Positions 1 through 10,088 of a stretch of 64,000 bases of DNA are shown here, piece after piece. The DNA is from an uncultured Candidatus Saccharibacteria bacterium. GTDB taxonomy: Bacteria > Patescibacteriota > Andersenbacteria > UBA10190. The notes under the pieces are model-generated. The model was not told the origin of the DNA. It worked only from the letters and a program-made list of their open reading frames with translations, and made no database searches. The stretch is from assembly GCA_964610055.1 (NCBI GenBank), contig CAZSUC010000001.1, forward strand, positions 216,867-280,866. The letters run 5' to 3'. Positions within the stretch are counted from its first letter, which is position 1; each line of letters starts with the position of its first letter. The translations under genes and the position numbers were made by a program.

Positions 1-951
1 GTCCGACAGCCTGGTTGGAATTTGCCCAAGCATCAGACGCATTTCCTGGGCACTGTGGGAAGGACGAAGCTCAATCTGGACTTGCAGACAGGGAAGACCC
101 CCGTCAACCTTAGGTTTTATCCAGCCGCTTAAGTTGTAGATCGTCTCATGGAAGAGACTGATCCTAAACGTTTGATTAGGCGGCTCTTTCTTGCTCTGCC
201 ATCGAATCTGCGTCAAGTCTTGACCATCCATGACCTCGTAACACCAGTTGTTGTGCAGCGGCCATTCCCATAACTGGTTCCCTGCTGCCGTTGGTTGACG
301 TGTCAATGACAGCGTCAATCCGTCTGGTGGTTCTGGGTCACAGTAGCAAAGGACGTGGCTACCCGATTTGCAGCTCACTGTGTTCTGCGCATCCTTGAGC
401 AGACAACTCAGAGGCACATTCTTGATCGATCCTTCCAGCGCTGGATTGTATTCCAACGTGATCTGGGTTGGATTAAACAAGAACCGCAAATCCGGAACAC
501 TGTTAGTCAGATTGTTCTTAATCTGAACTTGCAGGTTATCAACATACTTCCAGAGATCTTGGCGAACATCTTCCGGTTTCCGAACCCTGAGAGTACTCGC
601 CTTCACCTGGTGTTCTTGTGCCTGCTTCGGTTCGGACCATTTCGCCTCGGCAGCTGCTGGCAATACCGTATTCCTTGCTTCTGGCGGACGATCCGACCAA
701 GACCAGATCGCTTTGAGAATCATCCAAAGCACCAACAGGATGATCACACCAACAAGGAATTTGATGGCCGTAACCATCAAACTAACCGGTAACGACACCA
801 TATTTTCTGCCGTGAGCCACGGCAGCCTTGTTGCCGGCGGTGGTGTTGACGCTTGCACGGTATCAGTCAAACTCTTTGGTGGCGTCCTGTCGCGTACTAG
901 CTTGACCACTACTAGTATCACAGTCAAAACTAAACCAGAGAATACAACGAA
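1..951 (-). CDS. hypothetical membrane protein (3' end truncated by window edge)
   Basis: My own translation of the minus strand gives one open frame from the ATG at 951 to position 1 with no stop. It is absent from the ORF track because it is incomplete. It begins MIAYFVVFSGLVLTVILVVV (TM helix), then a Pro-rich linker and a second hydrophobic helix. AGGAG lies 9 nt upstream of the ATG. The + strand ORFs 355..792 and 713..970 have non-protein-like composition and are rejected. Confidence 0.5.
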
Positions 952-984
952 ATACGCAATCATTAAGTGATGCTCCTCAAGAGA

Positions 985-2013
985 TTAGTCGAAAAAGAAG
1001 TACTTAGTACCTGACACCCCCTCAATTGTTCTCAGGGACATGATTACTTCAGATGGTACACCTGTCTTTTCTGACAAAACTTGAATCCCTTCAGCTTCAA
1101 GGCGCGCAATCTCTGGTTGGTTTAAGGCTTTAAATAAAGCCACATCAGAGACCTTGATTCTTAGGTTAAGTCTCAGACTGATAGCACTGAGACCCGGACA
1201 GACTGTCTTTTTTCCAGAATTATCCTCCCTGATTTGCAAAAGCCTAGTAAAATACCAAGAGGAATCGAAGTTTTCAGCCAAAAACAACTTAACCCGAGCT
1301 TTAAATTCATTCACATTGGCCAAAATACCAATAGGACCCAATAACGAAAATTGAGTAGCAATTGCCCCAAAAGCTTCGTGTAAAGATGGCTGTAGTATCG
1401 ACTTGAGAGTTTCCGTCAACGCAAAACACCCGTGCAACGTTAGATCAGAACCTCCACCTAAAAGTCCGATATGTTCTAACAAATGACGTGCACAGGCAGA
1501 TAAACTAACCTCGATTGTAGCTTCGGTAATGAATGGCGTGCCTTCCTTTGTGTGAATCTGAATGTCGTCATGCTTTAAGGTGATCGGAGTAGTTGGTAGT
1601 TCAATGACCTTATAAAGTGGCCACAACGCAAACAACCACAGTAGTGACACCTTTCCGTTATATGGTGGATCTTTCATTTTCAATCCATTATGTGGATTTT
1701 GAGTTTCTGAAAACCCAAAGGACACAAAAGTATCCACATAATCTCGTCCTAACACGTAAACAACGTACTGCTTGCCAGCTTCTTGCTGATAAAAAGACGT
1801 GCATCCAACAAACAAAAGCCAGAGAGAACACAACGCAAATGCCGTCTGCGTCCATGAAAGTGATTGATCAAAAAAATTAATCACCACAGAGGCAAGAAGG
1901 AGAAATCCCAACACTCCCAAAACGCACACCAAGCTCACCAGCTGCACGCTCTTGTGATTTTCACCCGCCAACAGTTCATGCACGGATTGCATCGGATCAC
2001 CTCGTGTTGTCAA
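985..2013 (-). CDS. hypothetical membrane protein, possibly SPFH/band-7-like
   Basis: 342 aa ORF with N-terminal TM segments; co-oriented and tightly spaced with the downstream gene at 951. Weak resemblance to SPFH fold only. Confidence 0.45.
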   Translation of the reverse strand: MTTRGDPMQSVHELLAGENHKSVQLVSLVCVLGVLGFLLLASVVINFFDQSLSWTQTAFALCSLWLLFVGCTSFYQQEAGKQYVVYVLGRDYVDTFVSFGFSETQNPHNGLKMKDPPYNGKVSLLWLFALWPLYKVIELPTTPITLKHDDIQIHTKEGTPFITEATIEVSLSACARHLLEHIGLLGGGSDLTLHGCFALTETLKSILQPSLHEAFGAIATQFSLLGPIGILANVNEFKARVKLFLAENFDSSWYFTRLLQIREDNSGKKTVCPGLSAISLRLNLRIKVSDVALFKALNQPEIARLEAEGIQVLSEKTGVPSEVIMSLRTIEGVSGTKYFFFD

Positions 2014-2083
2014 AGAACATAGTTATTCTCTATTGGTACGATCCAATAGACTAATAATCTATACACCATTATCTCAAAATATC

Positions 2084-2114
2084 AATAGAAAAGCCGCTGT
2101 GGTAACACAGCGGC
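2084..2114 (-). terminator. rho-independent terminator
   Basis: Perfect 9-bp stem GCCGCTGTG / CACAGCGGC with a 4-nt loop (2093..2114), followed on the minus strand by TTTTCTATT. Lies just downstream of the 2146.. gene. Confidence 0.5.
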
Positions 2115-2145
2115 TCAAGAGGGAAATAGAGTTTCCGTTCCTCTC

Positions 2146-3303
2146 TTATTCCCCGACTTTCCAACTCACATAGATAAGCGTCTCACCCAGCTCCTCTGGA
2201 GCGATCAGGATTAAATACGATCGCTGCGTGGAATCCGACACTTCAGCGACGATCCTGTCGTCTACCTGTAAAACCTCAAACTGCCTCAGTAATGCCAAAG
2301 GGTTTGGCTGGCTTAAGTTCTCCAGCGCTTTCTCTGGCATTAAAGCGACCCAAGGCCGTGTCAATGGATTATCTATCAGCTCTTGGCCAAAATACCCGCC
2401 TTGAGCTGGTAGAAACATCACACTGACCTCACAGGTAGTCGAGTGTGTGATGTAGGAGGCCGGATTAACCCCCCACAAAACAACACTTTTATCTGCCACC
2501 TTCTCGGTTGACAAGATAATTGCTTGATCCCCACTGCGCCAGGCCTTTGCTGAAAATATCAGCTCAAGGCCGGTGTGGTCAAAGAAAGGCGCCTGTTCAG
2601 GCGGCTTGTAGACCTCCCAAGCATCCAAAGGATTAGCTCCGACCTTGAAAAATTTATGCGTCGAAGCGGAGAACCAGTCGTTTCCTGATGATGCGCGCCA
2701 TTTCCAACCTGCTGGATTACAACTTGCTGCCAAGGTATGGAATTCTCCATGATCCATGTACAGCATGTTCATGACATGGGCTGGAGCTTCCTTGCTCTTG
2801 CTAACCCGTACGGTTGACTTGTCTAACTGGGATACCTGCCATCCCAGATTAACTGGGTCGGTTAACCCATACGCTCGAATCTTCTGCCTGTCATCTTCAG
2901 ACAGAATGTGTGACTGAGACGGGCTAGATTTTTCCTGGAAAGTAGTCGCAACAGGATTGGTGGCAGTCCCTGACTGACTAGTTGCTGCGCTAGGCGGATT
3001 CTTTGCAGAACCTTGCCACAGGTCTTGTACGACAATAATCGCCATCGACCCCAGCATTAAGATCCAGCCAGTTTTGCGGATCCTTTGACCAATATCAGGA
3101 AAACCAAGAAAAACACGCACCAAGCCGCCGATGAACAACAATGCTCCATCAATCAATGAAAACACCGTAATCCAAAGCACTGCCCAGTCACTCAAGTTCA
3201 GTAAGTAAGCAACGGTTAGCCAAAAGATCAGTGTTAATGGTACGGATGCCCAAATAACAATCCGATCCTTGGCATTCATGGACAACTTGTGTGTTTTGCT
3301 CAT
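2146..3303 (-). CDS. hypothetical membrane protein
   Basis: The ORF track gives 2146..3357. The first 18 codons overlap the upstream SPFH gene, so an internal Met (MSKTHKL...) at 3303 is the more likely start. Multiple N-terminal TM helices, then a soluble domain. Confidence 0.45.
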   Translation of the reverse strand: MSKTHKLSMNAKDRIVIWASVPLTLIFWLTVAYLLNLSDWAVLWITVFSLIDGALLFIGGLVRVFLGFPDIGQRIRKTGWILMLGSMAIIVVQDLWQGSAKNPPSAATSQSGTATNPVATTFQEKSSPSQSHILSEDDRQKIRAYGLTDPVNLGWQVSQLDKSTVRVSKSKEAPAHVMNMLYMDHGEFHTLAASCNPAGWKWRASSGNDWFSASTHKFFKVGANPLDAWEVYKPPEQAPFFDHTGLELIFSAKAWRSGDQAIILSTEKVADKSVVLWGVNPASYITHSTTCEVSVMFLPAQGGYFGQELIDNPLTRPWVALMPEKALENLSQPNPLALLRQFEVLQVDDRIVAEVSDSTQRSYLILIAPEELGETLIYVSWKVGE

Positions 3304-3310
3304 TACATTC

Positions 3311-4207
3311 TCACTTTTTCGGGCCTTTAGAGGCATCTCCAGCAGCATCACTTTCATGCCTCAAGCTTTCAACAGTGTCTTTCGCAGCACCGCGCAATGC
3401 TGCCGCTATAATAGCAGCAACGCTTCGATTTGGATTCGGTTCAGTCAAAGCTACCGCCTCTTGTGTGGTCAGATGGTCACCCCTCTCGTCAGCAATGTCA
3501 GTCAAGACTTTTGCTGCTTCTCCGGCAAGCTTAGCCTTTTCTTTCTGTTCGATGCGGGCTTGCAAATCTGCCGATTTTGGGACTAAATTCGTCACTCGAA
3601 AGCTCAGGCAAGCTAACCCTAAAGGGCCAACGGTAATGTTCAATTGCCGCTCAACTTTGCGAGCAATCAAGACATATAATTTTCTCGCAGTTGTCCCATA
3701 CTCGCTAGGCCTGAGCAAGTAGTCGCTCTGAAGACCTCCGCACACTCTCTCAACTATCGCCGCTGCATGATCTTGCATGATTTTCAGATAATCTTGAAAA
3801 TCAATAAGAGTTGCAGCTCGAATCACAGCATCGTCAGTGACGCCTCCTTCATGATTAGGATCGCCGATAACCTCTCCTTTGTCATCCACCGCACGTCCCG
3901 CAATCGCATCAAAGCGATAGTCAATTAGCAGTACGACTCCGTTAGAGGCACGAATCTCCTGCTTCTCGACTCTAATGGGTTTGCGGTTCAGATCAATTCT
4001 GGTCAAGACCTTAAAGAGAAACATGAAATGCAGGCCTGGACTCAAGACTTTCAGATTGCCCCTCAGGCCTTGTAAAACCAACCTCTCCCTCTTACCCGGT
4101 TCCACTACGAAAGAGAAATGCTCCCGAATCTCCATCAAAATCACAGCAGTGCCAGCGATTACATGTACCAACAGCAAAAAAACCATCAGCTTGTCTGCGT
4201 TGTCCAT
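3311..4207 (-). CDS. SPFH/band-7 (stomatin/HflK-like) family protein
   Basis: N-terminal TM helix, then a conserved SPFH core (…VVLLIDYRF…AVIRAATLIDFQDY…) and a C-terminal coiled-coil/Ala-rich tail. Confidence 0.7.
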   Translation of the reverse strand: MDNADKLMVFLLLVHVIAGTAVILMEIREHFSFVVEPGKRERLVLQGLRGNLKVLSPGLHFMFLFKVLTRIDLNRKPIRVEKQEIRASNGVVLLIDYRFDAIAGRAVDDKGEVIGDPNHEGGVTDDAVIRAATLIDFQDYLKIMQDHAAAIVERVCGGLQSDYLLRPSEYGTTARKLYVLIARKVERQLNITVGPLGLACLSFRVTNLVPKSADLQARIEQKEKAKLAGEAAKVLTDIADERGDHLTTQEAVALTEPNPNRSVAAIIAAALRGAAKDTVESLRHESDAAGDASKGPKK

Positions 4208-4294
4208 CTCTTCACTCCTTCATGTAAGTTGTCAAAAGAGCACTACTAAATTAGTAGTCATCAAAAATATACATAAAATTTACGAAAAGTCAAG

Positions 4295-4376
4295 TGCCGG
4301 GGACAGGAATCGAACCTGCATACCTTACGGTACATGGTCCTAAACCATGCGCGTCTACCAATTTCGCCACCCCGGC
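4295..4376 (-). tRNA. tRNA-Leu (anticodon TAG), type II with long variable arm
   Basis: Reverse complement reads GCCGGGGTGGCGAAATTGGTAGACGC...TTTAGGA...GGTTCGATTCCTGTCCCCGGC(A). Cloverleaf with a 7-bp acceptor stem, GTTCGATTCC T-loop, anticodon loop TT-TAG-GA. CCA not encoded. Confidence 0.85.
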
Positions 4377-4532
4377 TACTACTACCCTTATATCCTAGCT
4401 GAATTTTGCAAAAATGCACGCTATTACACCCTAAAAAACAATTATTGACAATAAAATCACATAATGTATACATTAAAACAGCCCAATAAAGGGCGTTTCT
4501 TTCTCAACTCAACCCAAGCCAAGGAGATTGCG

Positions 4533-5492
4533 ATGTTTCGGTATCGTTTGTTCGGCGTTGTCGCTCTTTGCAGTGCACTTTTCGGATGTGGCGGCGATCA
4601 GTCGCCTGATTCCAAGGAGGCCGTCACGGCCTCTGCCTCTTCGCCAGACTCATCCTCTTCTCAATCCACATCTTCGGAGATTCCTCAGCTGAAAACCGCG
4701 CTTGCCGGGGTTCAGTCTCAGCTTGCCGATCATGACCAGCAAATCGCAGAACTGAATGCTGATCAAACTCGAGTACTTACATGGCAGCGTGATGCCGATG
4801 TTAGACTCTGTGCATTAGATCGACGTGTGGCTGACAATGCTACTGATATCGCATTCTGCACTAACAAAACTCGTGGACTGGAAGATCTTATTGAAGCTGC
4901 TAATCAGCAGCTGGCACAACAAGCTCACATGCGGCAGCAATCTCTTCTGTGCCGGTCCTCAGACCCTCTACTCGAGATCGATCAAGGAGCTTCGCCTGAA
5001 GATCTTGAACAAGCTACTGCAACGCTTGATGCCTGTCGTCGCTTTCGAGAAGCACGGAATGCTTACTATGACGAGCAGCTAGACGAAACAGCTGAACAAC
5101 GAGCTCAAGATCAAGCAGTGTCAGCAGCAATAAGGGCAATGAATGAGCGGGCACGACAGAATGGATTCCAGCTCCAGATGATTGCCCCTCGTTGTGGCCA
5201 ACCTGAGGATAGCAGAAAATTTATTCTGTCTATTCAGGGCGTGTCAAACGGTAAAATCATTGTTTACAGGCATAACGAGGATAAGGATTGCTTCTGGCAC
5301 TTGCAAGGATGTAGGCTACCTAAAGAGTTTCGAGTAGCCGAGGCAGATGATCCGTTTAGTCAGGCATCATCCGTTCCTACCCCAGCCTTAGTGCCCGCTG
5401 CCATTACTTCTCCGCCTGTCGCCACTCCTGCTCCTTCTTCTGCTCCTCCGCTAAAAAAAGTCCTGTCGCCACCACCAGCGACTCCTCAGTAG
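4533..5492 (+). CDS. secreted lipoprotein with coiled-coil and Pro-rich C-terminus
   Basis: The ORF track starts at 4464. The internal Met at 4533 (MFRYRLFGVVALCSALFGCGGD) carries a classic lipobox LFGC and has AGGAG 7 nt upstream, so 4533 is the preferred start. Confidence 0.6.
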   Translation: MFRYRLFGVVALCSALFGCGGDQSPDSKEAVTASASSPDSSSSQSTSSEIPQLKTALAGVQSQLADHDQQIAELNADQTRVLTWQRDADVRLCALDRRVADNATDIAFCTNKTRGLEDLIEAANQQLAQQAHMRQQSLLCRSSDPLLEIDQGASPEDLEQATATLDACRRFREARNAYYDEQLDETAEQRAQDQAVSAAIRAMNERARQNGFQLQMIAPRCGQPEDSRKFILSIQGVSNGKIIVYRHNEDKDCFWHLQGCRLPKEFRVAEADDPFSQASSVPTPALVPAAITSPPVATPAPSSAPPLKKVLSPPPATPQ

Positions 5493-5571
5493 TCGAAGTG
5501 GTGGCGCCTCCTCGAGCTTCAGCGTGTGGGCCTAGTCGTTTCCGACTATTCCGCCGCTCCCCTTAGTTCTC

Positions 5572-5610
5572 TCCGCGCCCGACGCTTTGTGTCCGGGCGC
5601 TTTTTTATTA
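5572..5610 (+). terminator. rho-independent terminator (copy 1 of a repeated element)
   Basis: GCGCCCGGACGCTTTGTGTCCGGGCGC perfect hairpin followed by TTTTTTATT. Confidence 0.6.
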
Positions 5611-5698
5611 TTGACATTAAAGCCATTTAATTTCACTATCTTCTTAACTTGTCTCTTTCGATAAGTCGTTCTCTTTCACATTCACAAAGGGTTATACC

Positions 5699-6193
5699 AT
5701 GTCCAAGCGCACTGAATTGGTTATCGCGATTTATCTCGCCTGTTTCTTGCTCGTGCTGAACTGGATCGGTTTATTCAATCTTATTGGCCAGCGTCTTATG
5801 CAGACCTATGGCCAACAATCCCCGCCTATTCCAGCAAAGGAGTGCCAGTCGACGCCTCCAGCTCATCACGTCGTCGATTCGTACGTTCAGCCCGCTTTGT
5901 TCACGGAACCTGTCAAAACCACTAGATTGATCACCTCGCGCAGTGATGACATTCTTATTTCCAAGGCCTGGCAGAAATTTCTTGAAAATCATATGAGCTT
6001 CATTGTGAGCTGTACTTCTCAGTACCAACCTTTGCGGGCAGGGGAGAAGCTAGTGGTTTTCCCTGTCTCCGGGTTGCCTCATGTCAGTATCGAAGCGCAT
6101 ATTGATTTCGAAAAAGGCGAAATCTGGGCCTGCATTAACGGCGGAGTCCTTCCTGATGACTGGGCTGACCTTGCTGACGGGCCTGACCCATGA
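5699..6193 (+). CDS. hypothetical membrane-anchored protein
   Basis: 164 aa ORF with an N-terminal TM helix, bracketed by the two repeated terminators. Confidence 0.45.
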   Translation: MSKRTELVIAIYLACFLLVLNWIGLFNLIGQRLMQTYGQQSPPIPAKECQSTPPAHHVVDSYVQPALFTEPVKTTRLITSRSDDILISKAWQKFLENHMSFIVSCTSQYQPLRAGEKLVVFPVSGLPHVSIEAHIDFEKGEIWACINGGVLPDDWADLADGPDP

Positions 6194-6205
6194 AAGACCT
6201 CATCC

Positions 6206-6245
6206 TTTTCGCGCCCGACGCTTTGCGTCCGGGCGCTCTTTTTAT
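6206..6245 (+). terminator. rho-independent terminator (copy 2 of repeated element)
   Basis: CGCGCCCGACGCTTTGCGTCCGGGCGC + TCTTTTTATTT. Differs from copy 1 by one base in the stem/loop. Confidence 0.6.
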
Positions 6246-6299
6246 TTCATTTCTCTGCGTTATTATTAAACATATTCCTTATTCTTAATTTTCTTTTCT

Positions 6300-8975
6300 A
6301 TGTTGTGTGAACGTTGCTCTTCTCGCCCCGCTGCCTTGCAAGTAACTCGCACAGTCAACGGGCGGACCGAACATCATAATCTATGTCACGCTTGCGCAGA
6401 AGAATTGGGGCTTACTACCCCGCAAGCATCATCTCAAAATTCGCCTTTTGGCCTTTTCCCTGGGTTTGGCGGCTTTTTAGACGAGCCATTTTTTGGTCTT
6501 GGCCAACACTCGCATACTGGCATTCCTAATACTCGTCCTCAGGCTGAGCAAATTAATATCCTGGATTCATTTTCTGACCGAGCTAAAGCTGTTATTCAGT
6601 TCGGAGCCAAAGCCGCCGTTCAAGCCAAAGCACCTTTTTTAGATACTGAACATCTTTTAATTGGCGTGGCTCAAGAGCCGGAAGTTGGACAAGTCGTTTT
6701 AAAAAATCTTGATATCAATCCCGATGAGTTGGTGGGATATTTGTCCGAAAACATGCTTAAAAATCAAAAGAATTACAGTGAAGGAGTTGCCCCCGATCTT
6801 TCTCCGCGCGCCAAAAAAGCCCTTGAGCTAGCTTGGCATACCGCTCGCAATCTTGAACATGGCTATGTTGGGAGTGAACACATTTTGTTAGGACTATTAG
6901 CTGAAGGAGAAGGATTAGCTGCTCAGACTTTACAAAAATACGGCATTTCCGAAACCAAATTACGCCAAGCCGTTTTATCGGCTGTCGGTGAAAAAGGCAA
7001 AAAGACTGGCACAGCAGCTGCTAAAAGTAAAACGCCAACTCTTGATCAATATAGTCGCGATTTATCTCAATTAGCTCAAGAAAATAAATTAGATCCAGTA
7101 ATTGGTCGGGCTGATGAGGTTCAAAGAATTGTTCAAATTCTCTCACGACGAACAAAAAATAATCCTGTCTTAATTGGAGAGCCGGGGACAGGTAAAACTG
7201 CTATTGCTGAAGGTTTAGCAATCCGCATTCTTTCCGGGCAAGTCCCGGAAACATTAAAGGATAAGCGTATTGTTGCCCTTGATATTGCTGGTATGGTTGC
7301 CGGTACTAAATTTCGCGGCGAATTTGAAGAGCGTCTTACTAAAGTCATTCAGGAACTGCAGGCCACTAAAGGAACAATAATTTTGTTCATTGATGAATTA
7401 CATACAGTGATGGGTGCTGGCAACTCCGGCGAAGGCGGTACGTTAGACGCGGCTAATATTTTAAAGCCCGCTCTCGCTCGCGGTGATCTTCAAGCCATTG
7501 GCGCCACCACTTTAAATGAATATCGCAAGCATATTGAAAAAGATCCGGCCTTAGAGCGTCGTTTTCAACCCGTTATGGTCGATGAACCTTCCGTTTCTGA
7601 CGCCATTGAAATTTTGCGTGGGCTTAAAGATCGTTACGAAACTCATCACAAAGTCACTATTAACGACGATGCTATCGTAGCCGCTGTTACTTTATCTGAT
7701 AAGTATATTCGCGATCGCTTTTTGCCTGACAAAGCCATTGACTTAATGGATGAAGCCGCTGCCAAAGTGCGTCTTAGCTCTTTGGAACCACCTTCTTCTC
7801 TTGTGCGCCTTCAGGACCAACTTAAGGCCTTGCAACGTGATTTAGCTGCGGCTCAACGAGCCAAACAGTCAGAAAAAATCACTCCATTAAAAGATCAAAT
7901 TTCAACTACTGAAAAAGATATTGCTGAGCAACAATCAGTCTGGAAAAAGCAATCAGGCACCACTCAGGCTGAAGTTCGTTCTCAGGATATCGAGTCTATT
8001 ATTGCTGCTTGGACCGGTATTCCTGTTGAAAAATTAACTGAAGCTGAATTAGATCGGCTCCTTCATTTAGAAGATGAGTTGCATAAGCGGGTTATCGCCC
8101 AAGAAGAGGCCGTTAAATCAGTTAGTGAAGCCATTCGTCGTAATCGAGCCGGATTAAAAGACCCGAATCGGCCTCAAGGATCATTTCTTTTTCTGGGTCC
8201 GACTGGAGTTGGCAAAACAGAGCTAACCAAAGCTTTAGCCAATGTTCTTTTCGGCACCGATGACGCTCTAATTCGTTTAGATATGTCTGAATACATGGAA
8301 AAACACTCAGTCTCTCGCATGGTTGGTGCGCCTCCGGGTTATGTTGGCTACGATGAAGGCGGACAGCTCACTGAAGCTGTGCGTCGTAAGCCATATGCCG
8401 TTATTTTGTTGGATGAAATTGAAAAAGCCCATCCTGATGTATTCAATATTCTACTACAAGTCCTCGAAGATGGTCGTTTAACCGATAGTAAGGGGAGAGT
8501 CATCGATTTTAAAAACACCCTGATTATTATGACTAGTAATGTCGGCAGTGCCATGATTCAGGAAGCGGCTAAACGAGCTAACAAATCTGACTGGGACAAT
8601 CTCAAACGTCTTTTAAACGATCAGCTCAAAACCACTTTTCGCCCTGAATTTCTGAATAGAATCGACGATATCATTGTTTTTCACGCTTTAACTAAGGAGC
8701 ATGTCCAAAAAATTACCGATTTATTATTAGCTGATGTTAAACGGCTTGTTCGTGCTCAAGGGCTTAACCTGGAAATCAATGAAGAAGTACGTAATCGTCT
8801 TGCTCAAGATGGGTTTGATCCTGAATTTGGCGCTCGTCCGCTTAGACGCGAAATCAGACAGCGTTTAGAAAATAAACTTTCCACTGTTCTGCTCACCGGA
8901 CAATTCCCTCAAGGATCAACTATCGAAGCTTCTCTGAAGCAAGATGACATTATTTTCACTGCTAAGAAAGCCTAA
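6300..8975 (+). CDS. clpC: ATP-dependent Clp protease ATP-binding subunit (ClpC-type double AAA+ chaperone) with N-terminal Cys4 zinc-ribbon extension
   Basis: Two Clp_N repeats. Walker A GEPGTGKT in D1 and GPTGVGKT in D2. A short ~80 aa middle domain (ClpC-like rather than the long ClpB coiled coil). Sensor motifs. The N-terminal CxxC...CxxC (MLCERCSS...CHAC) ~80 aa extension is unusual. Confidence 0.9.
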   Translation: MLCERCSSRPAALQVTRTVNGRTEHHNLCHACAEELGLTTPQASSQNSPFGLFPGFGGFLDEPFFGLGQHSHTGIPNTRPQAEQINILDSFSDRAKAVIQFGAKAAVQAKAPFLDTEHLLIGVAQEPEVGQVVLKNLDINPDELVGYLSENMLKNQKNYSEGVAPDLSPRAKKALELAWHTARNLEHGYVGSEHILLGLLAEGEGLAAQTLQKYGISETKLRQAVLSAVGEKGKKTGTAAAKSKTPTLDQYSRDLSQLAQENKLDPVIGRADEVQRIVQILSRRTKNNPVLIGEPGTGKTAIAEGLAIRILSGQVPETLKDKRIVALDIAGMVAGTKFRGEFEERLTKVIQELQATKGTIILFIDELHTVMGAGNSGEGGTLDAANILKPALARGDLQAIGATTLNEYRKHIEKDPALERRFQPVMVDEPSVSDAIEILRGLKDRYETHHKVTINDDAIVAAVTLSDKYIRDRFLPDKAIDLMDEAAAKVRLSSLEPPSSLVRLQDQLKALQRDLAAAQRAKQSEKITPLKDQISTTEKDIAEQQSVWKKQSGTTQAEVRSQDIESIIAAWTGIPVEKLTEAELDRLLHLEDELHKRVIAQEEAVKSVSEAIRRNRAGLKDPNRPQGSFLFLGPTGVGKTELTKALANVLFGTDDALIRLDMSEYMEKHSVSRMVGAPPGYVGYDEGGQLTEAVRRKPYAVILLDEIEKAHPDVFNILLQVLEDGRLTDSKGRVIDFKNTLIIMTSNVGSAMIQEAAKRANKSDWDNLKRLLNDQLKTTFRPEFLNRIDDIIVFHALTKEHVQKITDLLLADVKRLVRAQGLNLEINEEVRNRLAQDGFDPEFGARPLRREIRQRLENKLSTVLLTGQFPQGSTIEASLKQDDIIFTAKKA

Positions 8976-9029
8976 AAATGTTTATTAGCTTGGCAGTTGT
9001 AGTCAATATGGTAATGTACGAGTAGGAAT

Positions 9030-10088
9030 ATGGATAGACATTCACATTCTTTCAATCATTCAGAGGATCGGCTTCGTGCTTTGTGTGCTTTAAGTGATGT
9101 TGTTGCTCCGATCGATATCAGTCACTTCATTAACCACATTCAAGAAACACCCGATCCTGAAACTGCTGTTCAGCTTATTCTTATGAGTATGCCGTCTGCT
9201 TCTGCTGCCCTGACTCGTCAATGGCGTAATTTTATTGTTGATACTTGGGCAAAATACCACCCAGGAATCCCTATTATGCCTAATTGGCCGATCTCTTCTG
9301 CTACGGTTGATCACTCTCCGTTGTTAAGTGATGCTCGCGCTTTTCTCGACATTATTAAGCGTCAGCCAATTCGCATGAGCAAAATGAATCATGAATGGCT
9401 GATTGATTCAGATGAAATCTTGCGTATCATTCGTCTGCTTCCCTCTTTTTCTTCTTTTTCTATTGAAGCTGTTGAAAGCGAATGGAACATTCTGCCTTTG
9501 CGTCGTCTTCGCTCTCTGCTGCAGTCTGTCCGTTTAGCTCGAGTCGTGAAAGGGGAGTTAGTTCCAATCATGTCTCGTCTTAAGCGTTTCGAAGCTTTAC
9601 CAAGTTCATTGCAGTTTTATATTCTTTGGCATGCCGACGTCTATCATGTTAGTTGGGCCGAATTTTCTGGTTTATGGCACAAATATATGCGCCTTATGCA
9701 AGAATATATTCCATTACTCTGGGAAACTGTTATTGATGCTGAACCTGGACAGTTAGAAGATCGCGCTCTTTGGGCTGTTTCGCTCCTAGAATCGTTTACC
9801 CCGTTATGGGATGAAGAAGGATTATTAGATTTGCAAAAAGGACAAGGAGCTGCTTTGCAAATCGTACAACAACACGCCTTACCAACTGTAGTTGATCGTT
9901 TTATCTTGCGCGATTTGCTTGAACGCCATGGCTTAGTGACGATCACGGAAGAATTCGGCAGCCTTTCTAAATTCTCTTGGACTCAAACCGGGCTGCAAGT
10001 CATATCGGCTGAAGATAATCAGATTATGCCATGCGGCAATCATCTCCTAGACGCTCATCCGCAATTAACTGCTGATCTCTCCCGTTGA
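9030..10088 (+). CDS. hypothetical protein
   Basis: 352 aa ORF. Its 3' end overlaps the convergent xerC by 24 bp. No recognisable motifs. Confidence 0.45.
   Translation: MDRHSHSFNHSEDRLRALCALSDVVAPIDISHFINHIQETPDPETAVQLILMSMPSASAALTRQWRNFIVDTWAKYHPGIPIMPNWPISSATVDHSPLLSDARAFLDIIKRQPIRMSKMNHEWLIDSDEILRIIRLLPSFSSFSIEAVESEWNILPLRRLRSLLQSVRLARVVKGELVPIMSRLKRFEALPSSLQFYILWHADVYHVSWAEFSGLWHKYMRLMQEYIPLLWETVIDAEPGQLEDRALWAVSLLESFTPLWDEEGLLDLQKGQGAALQIVQQHALPTVVDRFILRDLLERHGLVTITEEFGSLSKFSWTQTGLQVISAEDNQIMPCGNHLLDAHPQLTADLSR

Noticed and set aside
355-970. Listed ORFs 355..792 (+), 713..970 (+) and 539..727 (-)
   Set aside because: Odd composition and mutually overlapping. The opposite-strand frame 951..1 is completely open, has an SD-supported ATG and encodes TM helices, so these are shadow ORFs.
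4261-4473. 70-aa minus-strand ORF
   Set aside because: It overlaps tRNA-Leu and the promoter region of the lipoprotein gene. Spurious.
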